A DNA stretch of 64,000 nucleotides from Thalia democratica (taxonomy: Eukaryota). The stretch is from assembly GCA_965202585.1 (NCBI GenBank), contig OZ241826.1, positions 29,326,001 through 29,390,000 on the forward strand. The letters are read 5' to 3'. The notes under the pieces were generated by a model that saw nothing but the letters and a program-made list of their open reading frames with translations, was not told where the DNA came from and made no database searches. Positions 50,663 through 64,000 of this stretch are shown piece by piece. The first letter of the stretch is position 1. Each line of letters opens with the position of its first letter. The position numbers and the translations under genes are program-made.

Positions 50663-52929
50663 TTTATCTGCAAAAATACTTTAATTTGTTAACTGCAAAA
50701 TAACTGAACAAACCATTACTTAAGCTTTATCATTTTTGTAAACTTACAAACGTTAAAAATATAGTAAAAATAAAAAAAATTAAATTGCAAAAATAATTTG
50801 AAAAATTTCGAACATTTAGCAAGGATGATTGAAAGTTTTTTAGGTAAACAAAGTACAAAGTTTACTCGAACTTATTAAACTACACTAGGTTTATTTAAAA
50901 AACGAGTTATAAAATTAAACTAGTAAATACTTAAGTATACAGTTTTTTGCTGTAAATTTTTGAAGTAATACCAAAATACTAACATAAAAAAATGTAGTTA
51001 AAAACTGTTATTGTGTTAAATATACGTTTTCAAATACTAATAAAAATTTTGATATAAAGTATTTTTAAATTTTATAATGATGTCTGTTCAGGTAAGAAAG
51101 AAATAAAATCGTTCGAAAATTATTACATACAGTCTATATTACTGTACTAACATTCATCCTTAAATAAATGATTTAATTTGAGCCTAAACTTTAAACTTTT
51201 GTTATAAAAGTTTAACATCTTATTTATCTAGGACATAATGTGATGGTTTTAGCCCTGGTATATCTAAAGTATCCTAAAATATGTATGCATCATTACATAG
51301 CATTCAGTTTCAGTAATATGCTACGAAAAAAATTAAATGATCCTATAGATAAGTCACAATTAAAAAGTTAAACAACCATGAATAACTTTTTGTTGTTTTT
51401 TAATTAAAGCTATATTTTTTGAAACCCATTCTGTTTTGAAAATTTAAGTACTTGTTTTATATTTAAAAATAAAGTATTTTAAGTTTATAGGTAGAACTAA
51501 ATTATAAAGTAGTAAATAAGTCTAGTCTGCAAGAAACTTTAAACTAACAATTGTAATGGATGTATGTACCTTTATGTTTACAACAAATGATTAGATTAAA
51601 TTAACTTTACTTTAATCAGTCTTAACTGATATTATACATATTAAATAATCAAAACACAATAATCTAAGTATATAAAACTGAAAGAAGCTGATTGCGAAAA
51701 CAAAGCCTTTTCAAACTATCTGGATCCAGATCCAGCCTAATTTCAGGAAGTTGGGTCTAAATATGTATATATTTTTATTTAACAAATAGAAATTCAAAAT
51801 TTTAAAACTGGCTAAAACTATTTTCAACTTTTAAACCCTTACTTACTATTTTCAACAAAATATTAAAATACTAAAAATCAGTTAATAAAATCATCCTTGG
51901 TCATTTTGAAAACTACTAAAAATGATCTAAACTATTGATCTAACAGATCTAAGATGCGGATTGATATCTGGCAGTTTTTTGCTTGGATCCAGATCTGACC
52001 GGAACTTAATATTTATAAAAGATTCAGATTCGGCCGGGTCCTAAATTTACAAAAAGATCCGGGTCCAATTAGTTTAAAAATACTTTGCTTACCTCAATCA
52101 GCTTCTTTCAGATTTATAAACTTAGATTATTGTGTTTTTAATCTCAATTTATATGAAATTAGTCAAGCAAGCAAGAATAATAAAAGTTTAGTTAGTTTAA
52201 TCATTTATTGTAAACATTGTTGTTTATACATCCATTAAAGTAAAATATTAAATTGTTATTTTAATGTGTTTTGCAGATTCGAATTTTACTGGCTATATAA
52301 TAAGTCTTCTTTAAAACTCAAAATATTTAATTTTCAATAATAAAACATGTACTTTAGTTTTAATATGTTTTAACTCGTTAAAAGTAATGAAATTTTAATT
52401 TTCCTTTTATCTTCTCAATAAAAGAATTAAATATTGTAAAAAATTAACAAGTACAGCTCATTCAATACTTTATTACTATAACGTTAAGACGCAGCGATTA
52501 TTCAACAAATTTTAAATGTTTTAGTTTGTCATTTTACAAAATAATTTTTTTAGCGGTGGCTTAGATAAAATATGGTGTAAATTATAAAAAACATTTTGTG
52601 AAAACGTTTAAATATTGTTGAACAACTGCTGCCTGTTAAAGTTATAGTAACCTAATATTTCAAATACCTTATATAATATATATATATATATATATATTTA
52701 TTTATTTGTAATAACAAAAAACAACTAAATTTTGTACCGTTTGCTTAGTTTAAAGCTTTATCACGTATCTTTAGAACAAAACAAATTACATAGTAAAATT
52801 TTTAAAGAGTCACACAAAAAACACATTATGACGTTTTAAATAAAATTAAAAAATTTTAGTTAGCCTATATGTAGAACAACTTATGTACAAGTCAAATTAT
52901 TTTTTGCTTTGTATGTTCTTTTTTTTTTA

Positions 52930-55900
52930 ATTTATTTACGTACCTTAATACTAACGCGATTAAGTTAAAGGTTTCTGCAGCTGTTAAAAGTATTAGGTTG
53001 CTGGAAAATTGAGTAATAAAAAATGTTCAATCAAATTAGTTGCTAGGAGCTTAAGGTAAATTGATTACTCTTAAAAAATACAAATTTGAATCTTAACAAG
53101 CAGATTAAACGTACACTTGAAATTCAAATCTCCTGTTAAAGCTATAGAAATAAAGATATACAAATAACTGCTATTATTTAGAGGCAGTTAAAAAAACTGA
53201 TAGTTTTGATGTTTTAAAGTATACTGTTTATGTTAGATTTTTAGACACTATTTTATATGTTAAGTTAATAAAGTGAATATTCTGTGAAAAAAAAAAATTA
53301 TGGGGTCACATATTGAGTTTTTTCTTCTAAACCTTAGCATAGATAGAATTGTTTTTAATGACATTGAAATATTGTTGTATTTGAAATATGTGTTCTGATA
53401 GACCAAGTATTTATTATTTAGTTCATTGTTTAAATATAGTATCGAATCGAAAATAAATATTTTAACAAACTACTTTTAAAACATTGGTTGAGACGTTAGT
53501 TTTTTTCTACTAAGAATGAAAAGCTTTAACACTTATTATGAAATTTCCACTAAATTATGAAAATATAAACAAACTTCTAACTTGTAAAATATATAGAGCT
53601 AATTAGTTATCTTTATATCGCTAAGTACCTATAATCCTTTACAATTTTGTTACGCTATAGAACCAATAGTCTTTTTTTCATTGGTAAACTTGAAATAAAA
53701 AACGTGCTCTAATACAAAACGTTTTTTATGAAAGATGTTTAAATTTTTATTTGTTTAGTCTGTTATAAATATGTTACAAAATATATAACATAATACACAT
53801 TTTGTTTTTCTAAATCAAATGTATTACAAATGTACAAAAACTTTAACGATCGTTTAAATTAAAAAAAACTCTTATATTTCTCCAGTCTAATTTTGTTCAG
53901 TAAAAACAGAAAAATAAGGAGCACATATGTATACAGCCTTAAAAATTATTCTAAACTTGGAAAACTATATCATAACTAACTATCAATTAAATTTTGAACT
54001 TTGGCTAATATCAGGTTACTCAGGATAGTTTACATTTTTTTTATACTATTTAAATAATCGACTTGCTTTAAACAACTTTTAAGCAATATTTAATTAAAAT
54101 GTTATTTGTTCTTTTTTATATCGTTTATGCCAGACCATAAAAATATTAATATAAATATAGATATATGTTTAGTGACTCAGGTTATAGTTTTTACTCGTAA
54201 AAAAAATTAGAACGATAATGCTTTTAATGAGAGAATTTAGTTATAATCACTTTTAAGGTTTAATTAGTTGTAATAGCTGCTAAGGACTAACTACCATGGT
54301 AAATAATAAGAAACAATATTTAAGTAGGTGTTAATACGGAGAAAATCGTTTAAAACTCTAACATAAGCTTATCTAACTTATGTTAGATTTTTAAAGTTAG
54401 AGTTATTATTTTAAACAAACAAATTAAAACCAGTATAAGTTCTAAAAAAAAAAATTTTTTTATCAAGTTAAAAAGTAAGAACAATAACAAACAGATCTAA
54501 AAACGGGTTTGCAAAGAAACAAAATTTTATTAACATATAGTTATTAATTTTGTTTTATTAAGTTTTATAGTTTGCTGAAACATCGGATAGCCATTAGATT
54601 TTAAAAAATATCCTCTATGTTTTCTGATTTTCTTTCTGTTTTTTAAACTAAATCTAGTTTAAAAATGAGATTTACTTTTTTTAACTTTGAAAAGATACTA
54701 CAATTCTACTATAACTATATTATTTTATTACTAGAGTTATAAAGTTTCGATTTAAATATATTATTTATAAGTAGAAAGCAACATTGTTATGTGCAGTTTT
54801 CTATTTTGTTTTACTTGGAGAAGTAGCATTTTTTTGTCACCATAAACCTGGTTGTAAATTAAATTTTTAATTTTCTCATCCCTTTTTAAAAAAATTTAAT
54901 AGAAAAAGTTTTATGTAAAACATAGTTCATATCTAGTCTCAAATTTATTTTTTACTAGTAAATATTGTTCAACTTTTTGAATTTTGTCTCTTTATTTTCA
55001 ACTGCAGGTTTTTATGAATTTCAGGTAATTTTTTTTCAGGTAAAAAATTTCAGCTAATAGTTTTAAGCTATAATTTACGTAAGGGATTTTTACGAATTTC
55101 TAGGTTTCTATGACCTTGATAACCTGAAATGCAAGATTTAATCAAATAAAAATTTTTATAATATAAAAACTTTGCAAGGTTTAATAGTTTATTTCACTAA
55201 AGTGGTTTATTATTCTAAATCGAGTCTTTTCAAACTCATTTTTATACGGACCGTCGAAAGAAATTAATAAAAAAAACTTTTCTTATATAATAGACAAAAA
55301 TTAATTCTTAATCGGTTTATTTTTCATCGCCTTTTTAAAAAACACCCCCTGACAGCCAAAACCTTCAGTAAAGAGGCAATATAACCGTCTTTGGTAAACC
55401 CTGGTCTCGGTCCGATTGTGATGTGATGGTATTTTTTATAATATTTGATGAGTAAGCCAAAATTGAAAAAGGCTTTTTTAAATTAACTCTTAATTTTACT
55501 TTTATTCCATACCCGTCTTATCCAAACTAATTAAATTAATTTTTAATAGATAAAAATAAGAAAACATGATAATTTTTTTGCTGAATTAGAAGATACTAGG
55601 GGAAAGAATGTCACTTTCCAACAAGAATTCACTAGTCTTGGAGATTAAATTTAAATATTTTATTACTAACTAATTACTTTAATATTTATGCAGTTAAGAT
55701 AAAGTTTTTAACAGCTATTAAAATTATCAGGTTGCTTGAAGTTTGAGTAGTGAAGAAAATTTAATCAAATTATTTGCTTAGAGTTTAAGATAAATTGATT
55801 AATTTTATTTAAATCGTAACAAGTAAATTTAATTTACACTTTAAATTTTAAGCTTTTCTTAAAGTTATAAAAATTTACATATAGAAACAACTGCGGTTTC

Positions 55901-58900
55901 TAGAGACAATTTGATAATAGTAAGTAGTACTAATTTTGAAAAGTATAAAATTTTGTGTTAGATTTGTATATACTATTTTATATGTTAAGTTAGTAAAGTC
56001 ACTATGCTGTGAAAACATATATATAGTCATATATCAGATTGAGTATTTTCTTCTAAGCCTTAGCATAGATTGAAGTATGTTTCAAATGCCATTGAAATAT
56101 TATTCTATTCGAAAAATGTGTTCTGATAGACTAATTGTTTTTTTTTTAGTTTTTATTGTTGATATAGTATTGAATTTCAATTAACTATTCAAAAATATAA
56201 TTTTTAAAACTCAGGTTGATACGTTAGTTTATTTATTCAACAAAAGAACGGAAAAAGTTTTACACTTGAATTGAAAAACCCACTGAACTATGAAAAGTAA
56301 AAAAAAAAATCTTATTTCTAAAATCTATAGAGCTAATTAGTTATTTTTATATCGCTAAATACATATAATCCTTTACAATTTTGTTAAGCTACAAAGCTCA
56401 ATAGTCTTTTTTACATTGGAAAAATGTAAAACTTAAATATAAAAATTAAGAGCTCTATTACAAAACGTTCTTTATGATAACAGTTTAAACTTTTATTTGT
56501 TAAGTATGTTATAAATATGCTACAAAAATTATAATATAATACACATTTGTTTTTTATAAATCAAACTAATGCACTTAAACTTTCACGATTGTTTGAAACA
56601 AAAAAAAACATTATTTTTCTCCAGTCTAATTTTTTACATTGAAAACACAAATATAAAGAGCGCATAAAGCCTTAAATACTATCCTTAACTTCGAAAACTA
56701 TATTATAATCAATTAACATTTATATTTGACACTTTGGCTACTCTCAGGCTGTTCTGGATAATTTACATTATTTTGAAAGTTAAAAAAAATAGACTTGTTT
56801 TAAAATAACTTTAAAGCAATAATAAATAAATATTTTATTTGTTCATTTTACCATAAACATTTTGATATGAAAACAGACATATTTTTAGTGACTCAGGTTA
56901 TAGTTTATACTCGTAAAAAAATCTTAGAATGATAATGCTTTTAATGAGAAAGTTTTGTTTAATTGCTTTTAAAGACTGATTAGTAGTGACAGTTGCTGAT
57001 GACTAACTACAATGGCAAAGAAAAAATAATACTCAAATATGTATTATCACAAAGAAAGTTGTTACTAGCTTTAACATAAGCTTATTTATCTTATGTTAGA
57101 GTTTTAAAGTTAGAGTTACTATTTTAAACAAACCAATTAACACTAGTACACGTTCTTAAAGCACACGTTCTTAAAGTATTTTTTTCAACTTAATAAATAA
57201 GAAAAATAACAAACCGGACTATAAACGAATTGCAAAGAAATAAATTTTGATTAACATTGAGTTAAAAATTTATTTAATTAAGTTTTATAGTTTGCCAAAA
57301 GTATAGGATAGCCATTATATTTTTGTAATTTTTTTCTTTGTTTCTGGTTTCTTTTCATTTATTTTAGAAGAGCAACAAAATGCATTTTTTTAATTACGAA
57401 TGAAATTAAATTTGAGTTTAAAAAAGGTATTTTATTTTTCAATTTTTAAAAGATACTACAATTCTACTTTAAATATAGTTTTATATAAATAGAATATTAA
57501 AATTCTACTTATAAATATAATTTAATTATTTAAAGCAACATTGTGCAGTTTTATTTTTTATTTTACTTAAATCGGCCGCAATTTTTTTGTCACCGAAAAC
57601 CTGATTGTATTAATTTTCACATCACTATTTAAATAGTTATTCATAAAAAAGTTAAATAAAATATATATCTTATCTAATCTCAAATTCATTTTTATTATTT
57701 CAAATTGTTCGAAACTTTTAAATTTGTATCTTTATGTTCAATTGCAGGTTTTTATGAATTTCAAGTTAAATGACTAGTTTAAAAAATAAAATTAGAAGAT
57801 AATATACCAAAATTAAAAGCCAATTCTATTAGTTTTAAGAGTTTTGTTGCGTCTTATAGTTTTTAGCTACAATCTTCACGTAAGGGATGTTCAATAATTT
57901 CTAGGTTTTTATGACCTTAATGACCTGTGATGCAACATTTAATCAAATAAAAAGCTACCTTAATACAAAAACCCTTGCAATGTATTTAGTTTGATTCAAT
58001 AAACATGTTAATTGTTTTAAATCGGGACTTCCCAAACTCATTTTTATACGGACCGTCGAAAGAAATTAAAAAAACAAAAAGTTTCCTCAATTGTTAGATA
58101 ACAATCAATCAATAGTAAGACAGCCAAAATCTCCAGTAAAGATGCGATATAGCCGACTTTAATAAACCTTGATCTCGGTCTGATTGTGATGTTACGGTAT
58201 TTACTGTAGTATTTGCTAAGACAGCAAAAGTTAAATTATGTTTTATTTTTTTTTAATTATATCCTTCTTTCTAACCCACTTTACCCAAACTTATTAATAA
58301 TGTATCAATAAAAGTTTAATTACATAAAATTTAAAATTTATGACAATTTTTACTTTTTTACTGACTTCGTAAACATTAGGAGGAACACCGTTACACTACA
58401 ACAAGAATCCTAGTCTTAGATATAAAATATTTATCTTTTACTACTTACCGAATCACTTCAATACTTGAGCAGTAAAGTTAAAGTTTTTTGCAGGTGTTAA
58501 AAGTATCAGGTTTCTTGAAGTTTGAGTAATGAATTTTATATTAGTTGCTAGGAGTTTAAGATAAATTTATTACTTTTTTAATAACATAGATTTGAATCTT
58601 TATTAGTAAATTAAGTTAACACTTAGATTTAAAACTTCTTATAAAAGATATATCACTTAAGATTTGAAATAACTGTAAATATTTTAGAGACAACTTTATA
58701 AAGTTTATTAGTTGTGATATTATAAAGTATATAGTTTTGTGTTACATTTAAAGATAGTAATTTGTATGTTGAATAACTGTGCTATAAAAATAAATATATG
58801 GTCATATGCTAGCAAGAGTTTTTTTATTCTAAACTTCAGCTTAGATTAAAAATTGTTCAAAATTGTAAATTTAGTGTTTTAAAATTGTAGATTTTTGAAG

Positions 58901-61700
58901 AAATGCAGGTAAATTGACAACCTTTTCAAATTAATCAGGAGCTAACAGACTAAAATTTAAAGTCATTTACATTAGACTTAGAGTTTTGTTGTGTCTCTAG
59001 TTTTTAACTACAGTCTTTACGTAAGGGATTTTCAACAGTTTTGAAATTTCTATGACTTTAATGACTTGTGATGCAACATTTAGTCTATTAAAAAAGTTCT
59101 ACAAAATAAGAATCCTTGCAAAGTATATAGCTTTATTCACTAAACTTGTTAGTTGTTCCAAATAGTGATTTCCCGAACTCATTCATAAACGCCCCTTCAA
59201 AAGTAATTAAAAACCAAATTTTTTTCTCATTTTTAAATAACAGGTTGTCCTTGATTTTTTAAGTTCTTATCGCCTTTGTAATTAACACCCTCAACAGCCA
59301 AATCTTCAGCGATATTGCCTAATTTGGCAAACTCTTGTTATAAATATAAAATTTTAATTTATTATTACTTACTTAATTAGCTCAATACTGACGCGATTAA
59401 GTTAAAGTTTTCTGCAGCTATTAAAAGTATCAGGTTGCTTTAAGCTTGAGTAATGAAGAATGTTTAATTAAATTAACTGCTAGAAGTTTTAGATAATTTT
59501 AACACATTTAAAAAACTATAATTTTGAATGTTAGGAAGTAAACTAAGTTTACATTAAAAATTCAAACTTCTTCTTAAAGTATAGCAAAATATATATAAGG
59601 AAATAAGTGCAGTTATCTAAAGACAGTTTAATAAAAGTTAGTTTTTGAACAGTTTTAAAGTATGTAGTTTTGTGTTAGATTTGTAGATATTATTTTATAC
59701 GTTGAAATATTAAAGTAACTGAGCTATAAAAATTAGTATATAGTCATTACGGTGCATCTTGTGCCCCGTCCTCGGAATTTTACTTAGTTATTTTTTTTTG
59801 TAGGTGGAAATCACATATATAAACATCACGAAAAAAAAATAGCTTCTAAGCTTTAGGCTGTCGGAGTTTTTATTTTTTGAAACTTTTAGTTTATATCATT
59901 ATTTTTAAAAATATTTTTATTTTCATTTAGCTTTGTTTTATAGAACTTTATTAAAGCTATAAGTTCTTTATTAGAGTTATGAAAAAATTAGCTTATTTGT
60001 AAAATATGAATATCCTAAGTTTTTAATTTCATTGGTTTCTGAAAATAAAAGCTAATTATAAAAGCAATAAAAAAGGCTACTTTATTTAAAATTTATCTTC
60101 TCCAACAAAGTATATGACATTTAAGTTTTGTAAAGTAAATAGTTGCAACCTCCTTGTGTGCGAGCAGTTTATGGAAATTTTATTTGGTTGAGTGTTGAAT
60201 TAAACAAAACGGCTCAAAATTTACCTTTTAAATATGAAAGAGCAGTGGTAATAATGGTTTCTTAAAAAATGCCCTACGAAAATATACCGACAAAAATGGC
60301 TTCATCAAAAAGTAATTTAGTTCATTCTAGATTAGTTAGTAAATGTAACAGTACAGTACAAAGTATCCACACAATAGTATACTCAGAATAAATCAGGATT
60401 TTGATTTTAGATTTTGTTATATGAGTTAAAAATGATGAGTTTATTTTCGTATATACATGATTTCAAGTACATGATACTTTTTTTTCAAAATAAAACAGAT
60501 AAAAAGTTATGTGATGCAGTTTATCATACTGAAAAAGTAAAGTTGATATTTTTTCTTTTTTAGTAGTAAAACTTCAAAGTCCTAAATCAAATTCTAAAAT
60601 TTATATTAAATTGTGTTTAACTTTATAAGAAACTTTAGATAATGCTAAAGTTTTTCTGTACACTGACTTGATTATAACCATTGATAAATTTTCAAAACTC
60701 TCACACATACTTGTTAGTTCTGTAATACAATGTATCTTAATTTTTAAATAACTATAGTTTCTTTTTTACATCTAACAAAACATTCGAAATTCAAATTAAA
60801 TAAGAAAATTAACTTCTAACGAATGTTTGTGATTATTGTTTTTTTCATTGTATAAGTGCTAAAAAATTTTTTATGAGTATGAATATACTATAAAAGTTGT
60901 TTGATAACAACATTTTTAAAAAGGTAAAAAAAATAAAACAAAAAACACTTTTTCCAAATATATCAATAAAAAGCAAATTTCCAAAATAAATTAGCTCCAA
61001 CAGACTTAAAGCTATGAAGCTAGTTGTTTTGTGCTGTCGATGTATGTGATTACTTACTAACAAAAATGGACTAAGTGAAATTCATAAATTTTAATTTTTG
61101 AGTCGCAACAGATGCACTCTAGTGGTCATAGAATAGATTTCGTCTTTCTTTGACCAGAATCAAAATTTGTTCAAAATTTTAGATGTTTTGTCTACATATT
61201 AAAACTGTAGGTATTTCAAAGGTAATATGACCACCCTTTGAAATAAAATCAGGAGTTAACAGACCAAAATTATAAGCCAATTATACTAGTACTTAAAGTT
61301 TTTTTTGTATTCTTATAGTTTTTAGCTACAATCTTTAAGCAAGGGAAATTTATCAATTTCTAGGTTTCTATGACCTTGTTGACCTGTGATGCAACATTAA
61401 ATCAAATAAAAGCTTTATAATGTAAGAAAGAACCCTTCCGAGGTATTTAATTGTATTCACTAAACTTGTTAGTTGTTCTAAATTGGGTCTTCCAATACTA
61501 ATTTCCATAAATGCACCTTCGAAAAAAATTAAAAAATACAACTTTCCTCATTTATTAGATAACAATTAGTCCTTCATCTCTTCAATTCTAAAGCCTTACT
61601 AATTAACACCTCCTGAAAGCTAAATCTCCAGTAGAGAGGCAATATTGCTAAATTTGGTATATTCTAGTCTTAGGTATAAAATTTCAATCCTACATTACTT
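52930..61700 (-). repeat. Four decayed tandem units (about 52.9-55.4k, 55.5-58.2k, 58.3-59.3k, 59.4-61.7k), possibly pseudogenes
   Basis: Module gttaaagtttt.tgcag.t.ttaaaagtatcaggttgct recurs at about 52960, 55700, 58480 and 59400. Module cgtaaggga..ttctaggtttctatgacctt..tgacctgtgatgcaacatt recurs at about 55080, 57880, 59020 and 61340. Period about 2.75 kb, with one internally deleted unit. Confidence 0.8.
59750..61119. mobile_element. Possible TA-flanked DNA-transposon remnant inside a tandem unit
   Basis: TA|CGGTGCATCTTGTGC ... GCAACAGATGCACTC|TA is an imperfect inverted match, and the interval is not shared with the other units. Confidence 0.3.
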
Positions 61701-61734
61701 ACCTAATTACCTAAATACTATAGCGATTTCATAA

Positions 61735-64000
61735 AATTAATAAGTTCATAATGAATATTTAAAAAAATAATAATCTAATACTGGAATTAATGAGTGGCGA
61801 TTTTCTCATAGAAGTTTGGAAACTATGGTATTTAAAATGCATTTTAAAAGTATAAATATTCTTTACATTTGTTGTATTTTGCTAATTTTTTGAATAGTTA
61901 ATATTAAAAAAAAATCATATAAAATCCTGATGTCACCACATATTTCTCAGTTGTAGCTGATGAAGCTGAGACAACATCCAACTAGGGTTGCCATACACTT
62001 ATGTTATAAATTGAATTTTTTAAATCTAAAACTTAGTTAGGCAGTTTGTTTTTTAATATATTACTTAAGATTAGTTCTACATTCTAAGTTGAAATTTGTT
62101 TTAAACTATGATAATTGTTTACTATTTAATTTTAGACATTGAAAACTTATATATCATCATAATTTTCTTTGAACTTTTCTAGAAAATTAAAATTCTAATT
62201 CCTTTCCTTTTTAATATTTTTTGTTTATTGAGTAAATTAATTTTAACTTTTTATTTATAAAAGTAGAAAATCTTTATAAAAGTAATAATGATATTAGTTT
62301 TAGTATTAATATAAGTTTTGTAATATTTTTATTTTTAAGTTTTATGAAGTTTTAGAAAAATCTTAAAATGTCACAATATTAATATCAAGGTCACTATTAA
62401 GGGAACTAAAATTACCCGGTAATCTAATTTAATGTTAGCAAATTGATTTACAATAATGAATAAACTCAATTTTTAGGGTTTTAATTAAGTTTAGTTTAAA
62501 TATAGCTTATGATATTCAAAATTGATTTCCTGGAGTCTACCATTGATAATAATATAAAAAAGTTTCACTAAATAAATTTTTCAATCAAACACTACAATTA
62601 TGAATAAATAACATATTGGTATAATTTGATGAACTTTTGAACAATGAATATTGATATAAATATATGATATGAAAGTTTAATGGCAATACAATGAAATCAA
62701 ATATAGTTAGTAGAGCATCAATCAAAGACATTGAAATAGAATTTAAAATTTAATACTCAGGGTAGTTTAATAATTTTTAAATCTGAAGCTAGATAATTTA
62801 CATTCAGGATGACTCATGCCAGTAAAGGAGTATTAAAAATAATTAAGTTATTTTAAGAATTTTAACAGTTTCTAGTCATAATTGTCAAAATCATTAATGA
62901 AATATTGTTGTTTTATATTCAAAAGTATAATAATTTAAAGACTAACTAGTTACATAACTTCATTTTTATTGGAAAACGTATAATTATGTAAGGATTTAGA
63001 AAATAAAGGAAAACTCGGAACAATAAAATGTTACTTAGGACAGATTTAAGCAAGATCCACACATTCTGGATACTCAGGACAGTTTTAACTTTTCGGAAAT
63101 TTCAGGACCACATAGTTTAAAAACTTAGCCTCGTGGGAAAATTTATACGAATTCCGGATAACATAGGTCAGTTTGATTGTGTTAAAAAAGCTCCAAATAT
63201 TCTAGTTATTTTTGAAAAATTTAAGCTAGTTTATTAAATCTTAAATAAGAATTATTTGTAACAGATAGTTTAATTTAAAAAAAATTGATATTTTTATCAA
63301 TTGTGTTCAACAATTCGCTAGTTTTTGAAATACGTTTTAAATTCAAAGTTAATTGTAAAATCATAATGTATATTTTTTAAACTAATAAGTAATGGTCGAA
63401 TTATTGAGTGACGATTTTCTCATAGAAGTTTGGCAACTATGGTATTTAAAGAGTGTTTTAAAAATACAAATATACATCACAATTGTGGTGTTATGCTGAT
63501 TTTATGAACAGTGAATATTAAAAAAAAACAACATATAAAATCCCGATATTATTCCAGACATATCAGTTGTAGCTGATAGAGCTGAGAAAACATTAAATTA
63601 TGGTTAAGATACATTTAAGATATAAGTTAAAATATGAAAATCTCAAATTTAATTAGACAATTCGTTTTAAATATATTACTCAGGATTGGTTTTATAATAT
63701 CAGTAAAAATTTGTTTTAAAGCTATGATAATATTTTACTAACTAATTTTAAACATTTAAAATTTATATATTATCACAATCTGCTTATACAAATAAAGTTC
63801 TGATTTAATTCCATTCAAATTTTTTGTTTATTGACAATAATATTTTAAACATTTTATTTATAAAAGAGGAAAATCGAAACAAAAATAATAATGACACAAA
63901 CTTTAGAATTAACATAAACTTTGAAACAATTATACTTTTAGTTAAATGAAGTTTTAAACTAGTCTTGAAATTTTACAATAATAAAATTATGGTCATTTTA
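61735..64000. repeat. Diverged direct repeat of about 650 bp (61735-62400 and 63345-64000)
   Basis: Shared gagtg.cgattttctcatagaagtttgg.aactatggtatttaaa and tcagttgtagctgat..agctgaga at an offset of about 1614 bp. Confidence 0.85.

Larger units (their letters stand above)
48316..52910 (+). repeat. Segmental duplication block Y, copy 2
   Basis: Collinear with 19920-24565. Confidence 0.9.

Overview
Very AT-rich eukaryotic, probably invertebrate, genomic DNA with GT-AG introns. The species cannot be determined, and all gene models below are hand-spliced and hand-translated. Most of the window is a tandemly amplified family of small RING-finger E3 ligase genes with seven loci. Two are intact: 20528-22388 (-) and 28040-30842 (-). 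Five are damaged: 308-790 (+), 2736-5985 (-), 25616-26095 (+), 38583-40003 (-) and 48901-50662 (-). The shared plan is a 16-codon first exon, an acidic low-complexity exon ending WELP(S/P)QG, and a 221-nt RING exon. One subfamily has RNF4-like SUMO-interaction motifs (EIIDVT/EIIDLT) upstream of the RING, suggesting an expansion of SUMO-targeted ubiquitin ligase-like genes. The other subfamily has D/F-rich repeats instead. The most striking structure is a 3480-nt phase-0/phase-0 exon (47963-44484, -) fusing two canonical SIMs to about 80 copies of a 13-aa N/S/A-rich repeat (39-bp minisatellite). It is splice-compatible with the RING locus at 38.6-40.0 kb but carries five stops. The very long ORFs in the supplied track are shadow frames of this array. 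The window contains three segmental duplications: 1-11.8k/25.3-36.6k, 19.9-24.6k/48.3-52.9k and 2.1-5.8k/38.0-44.2k. It also has a three-exon Reeler-domain pseudogene, an orphan intronless ORF with one internal stop, two decayed Tis11-type CCCH finger remnants, a hAT element with an 8-bp TSD, a Penelope GIY-YIG fragment, a 95-bp-arm palindrome and several MITE-like elements. At 53-64 kb are heavily decayed tandem units that may be membrane-receptor pseudogenes (low confidence).
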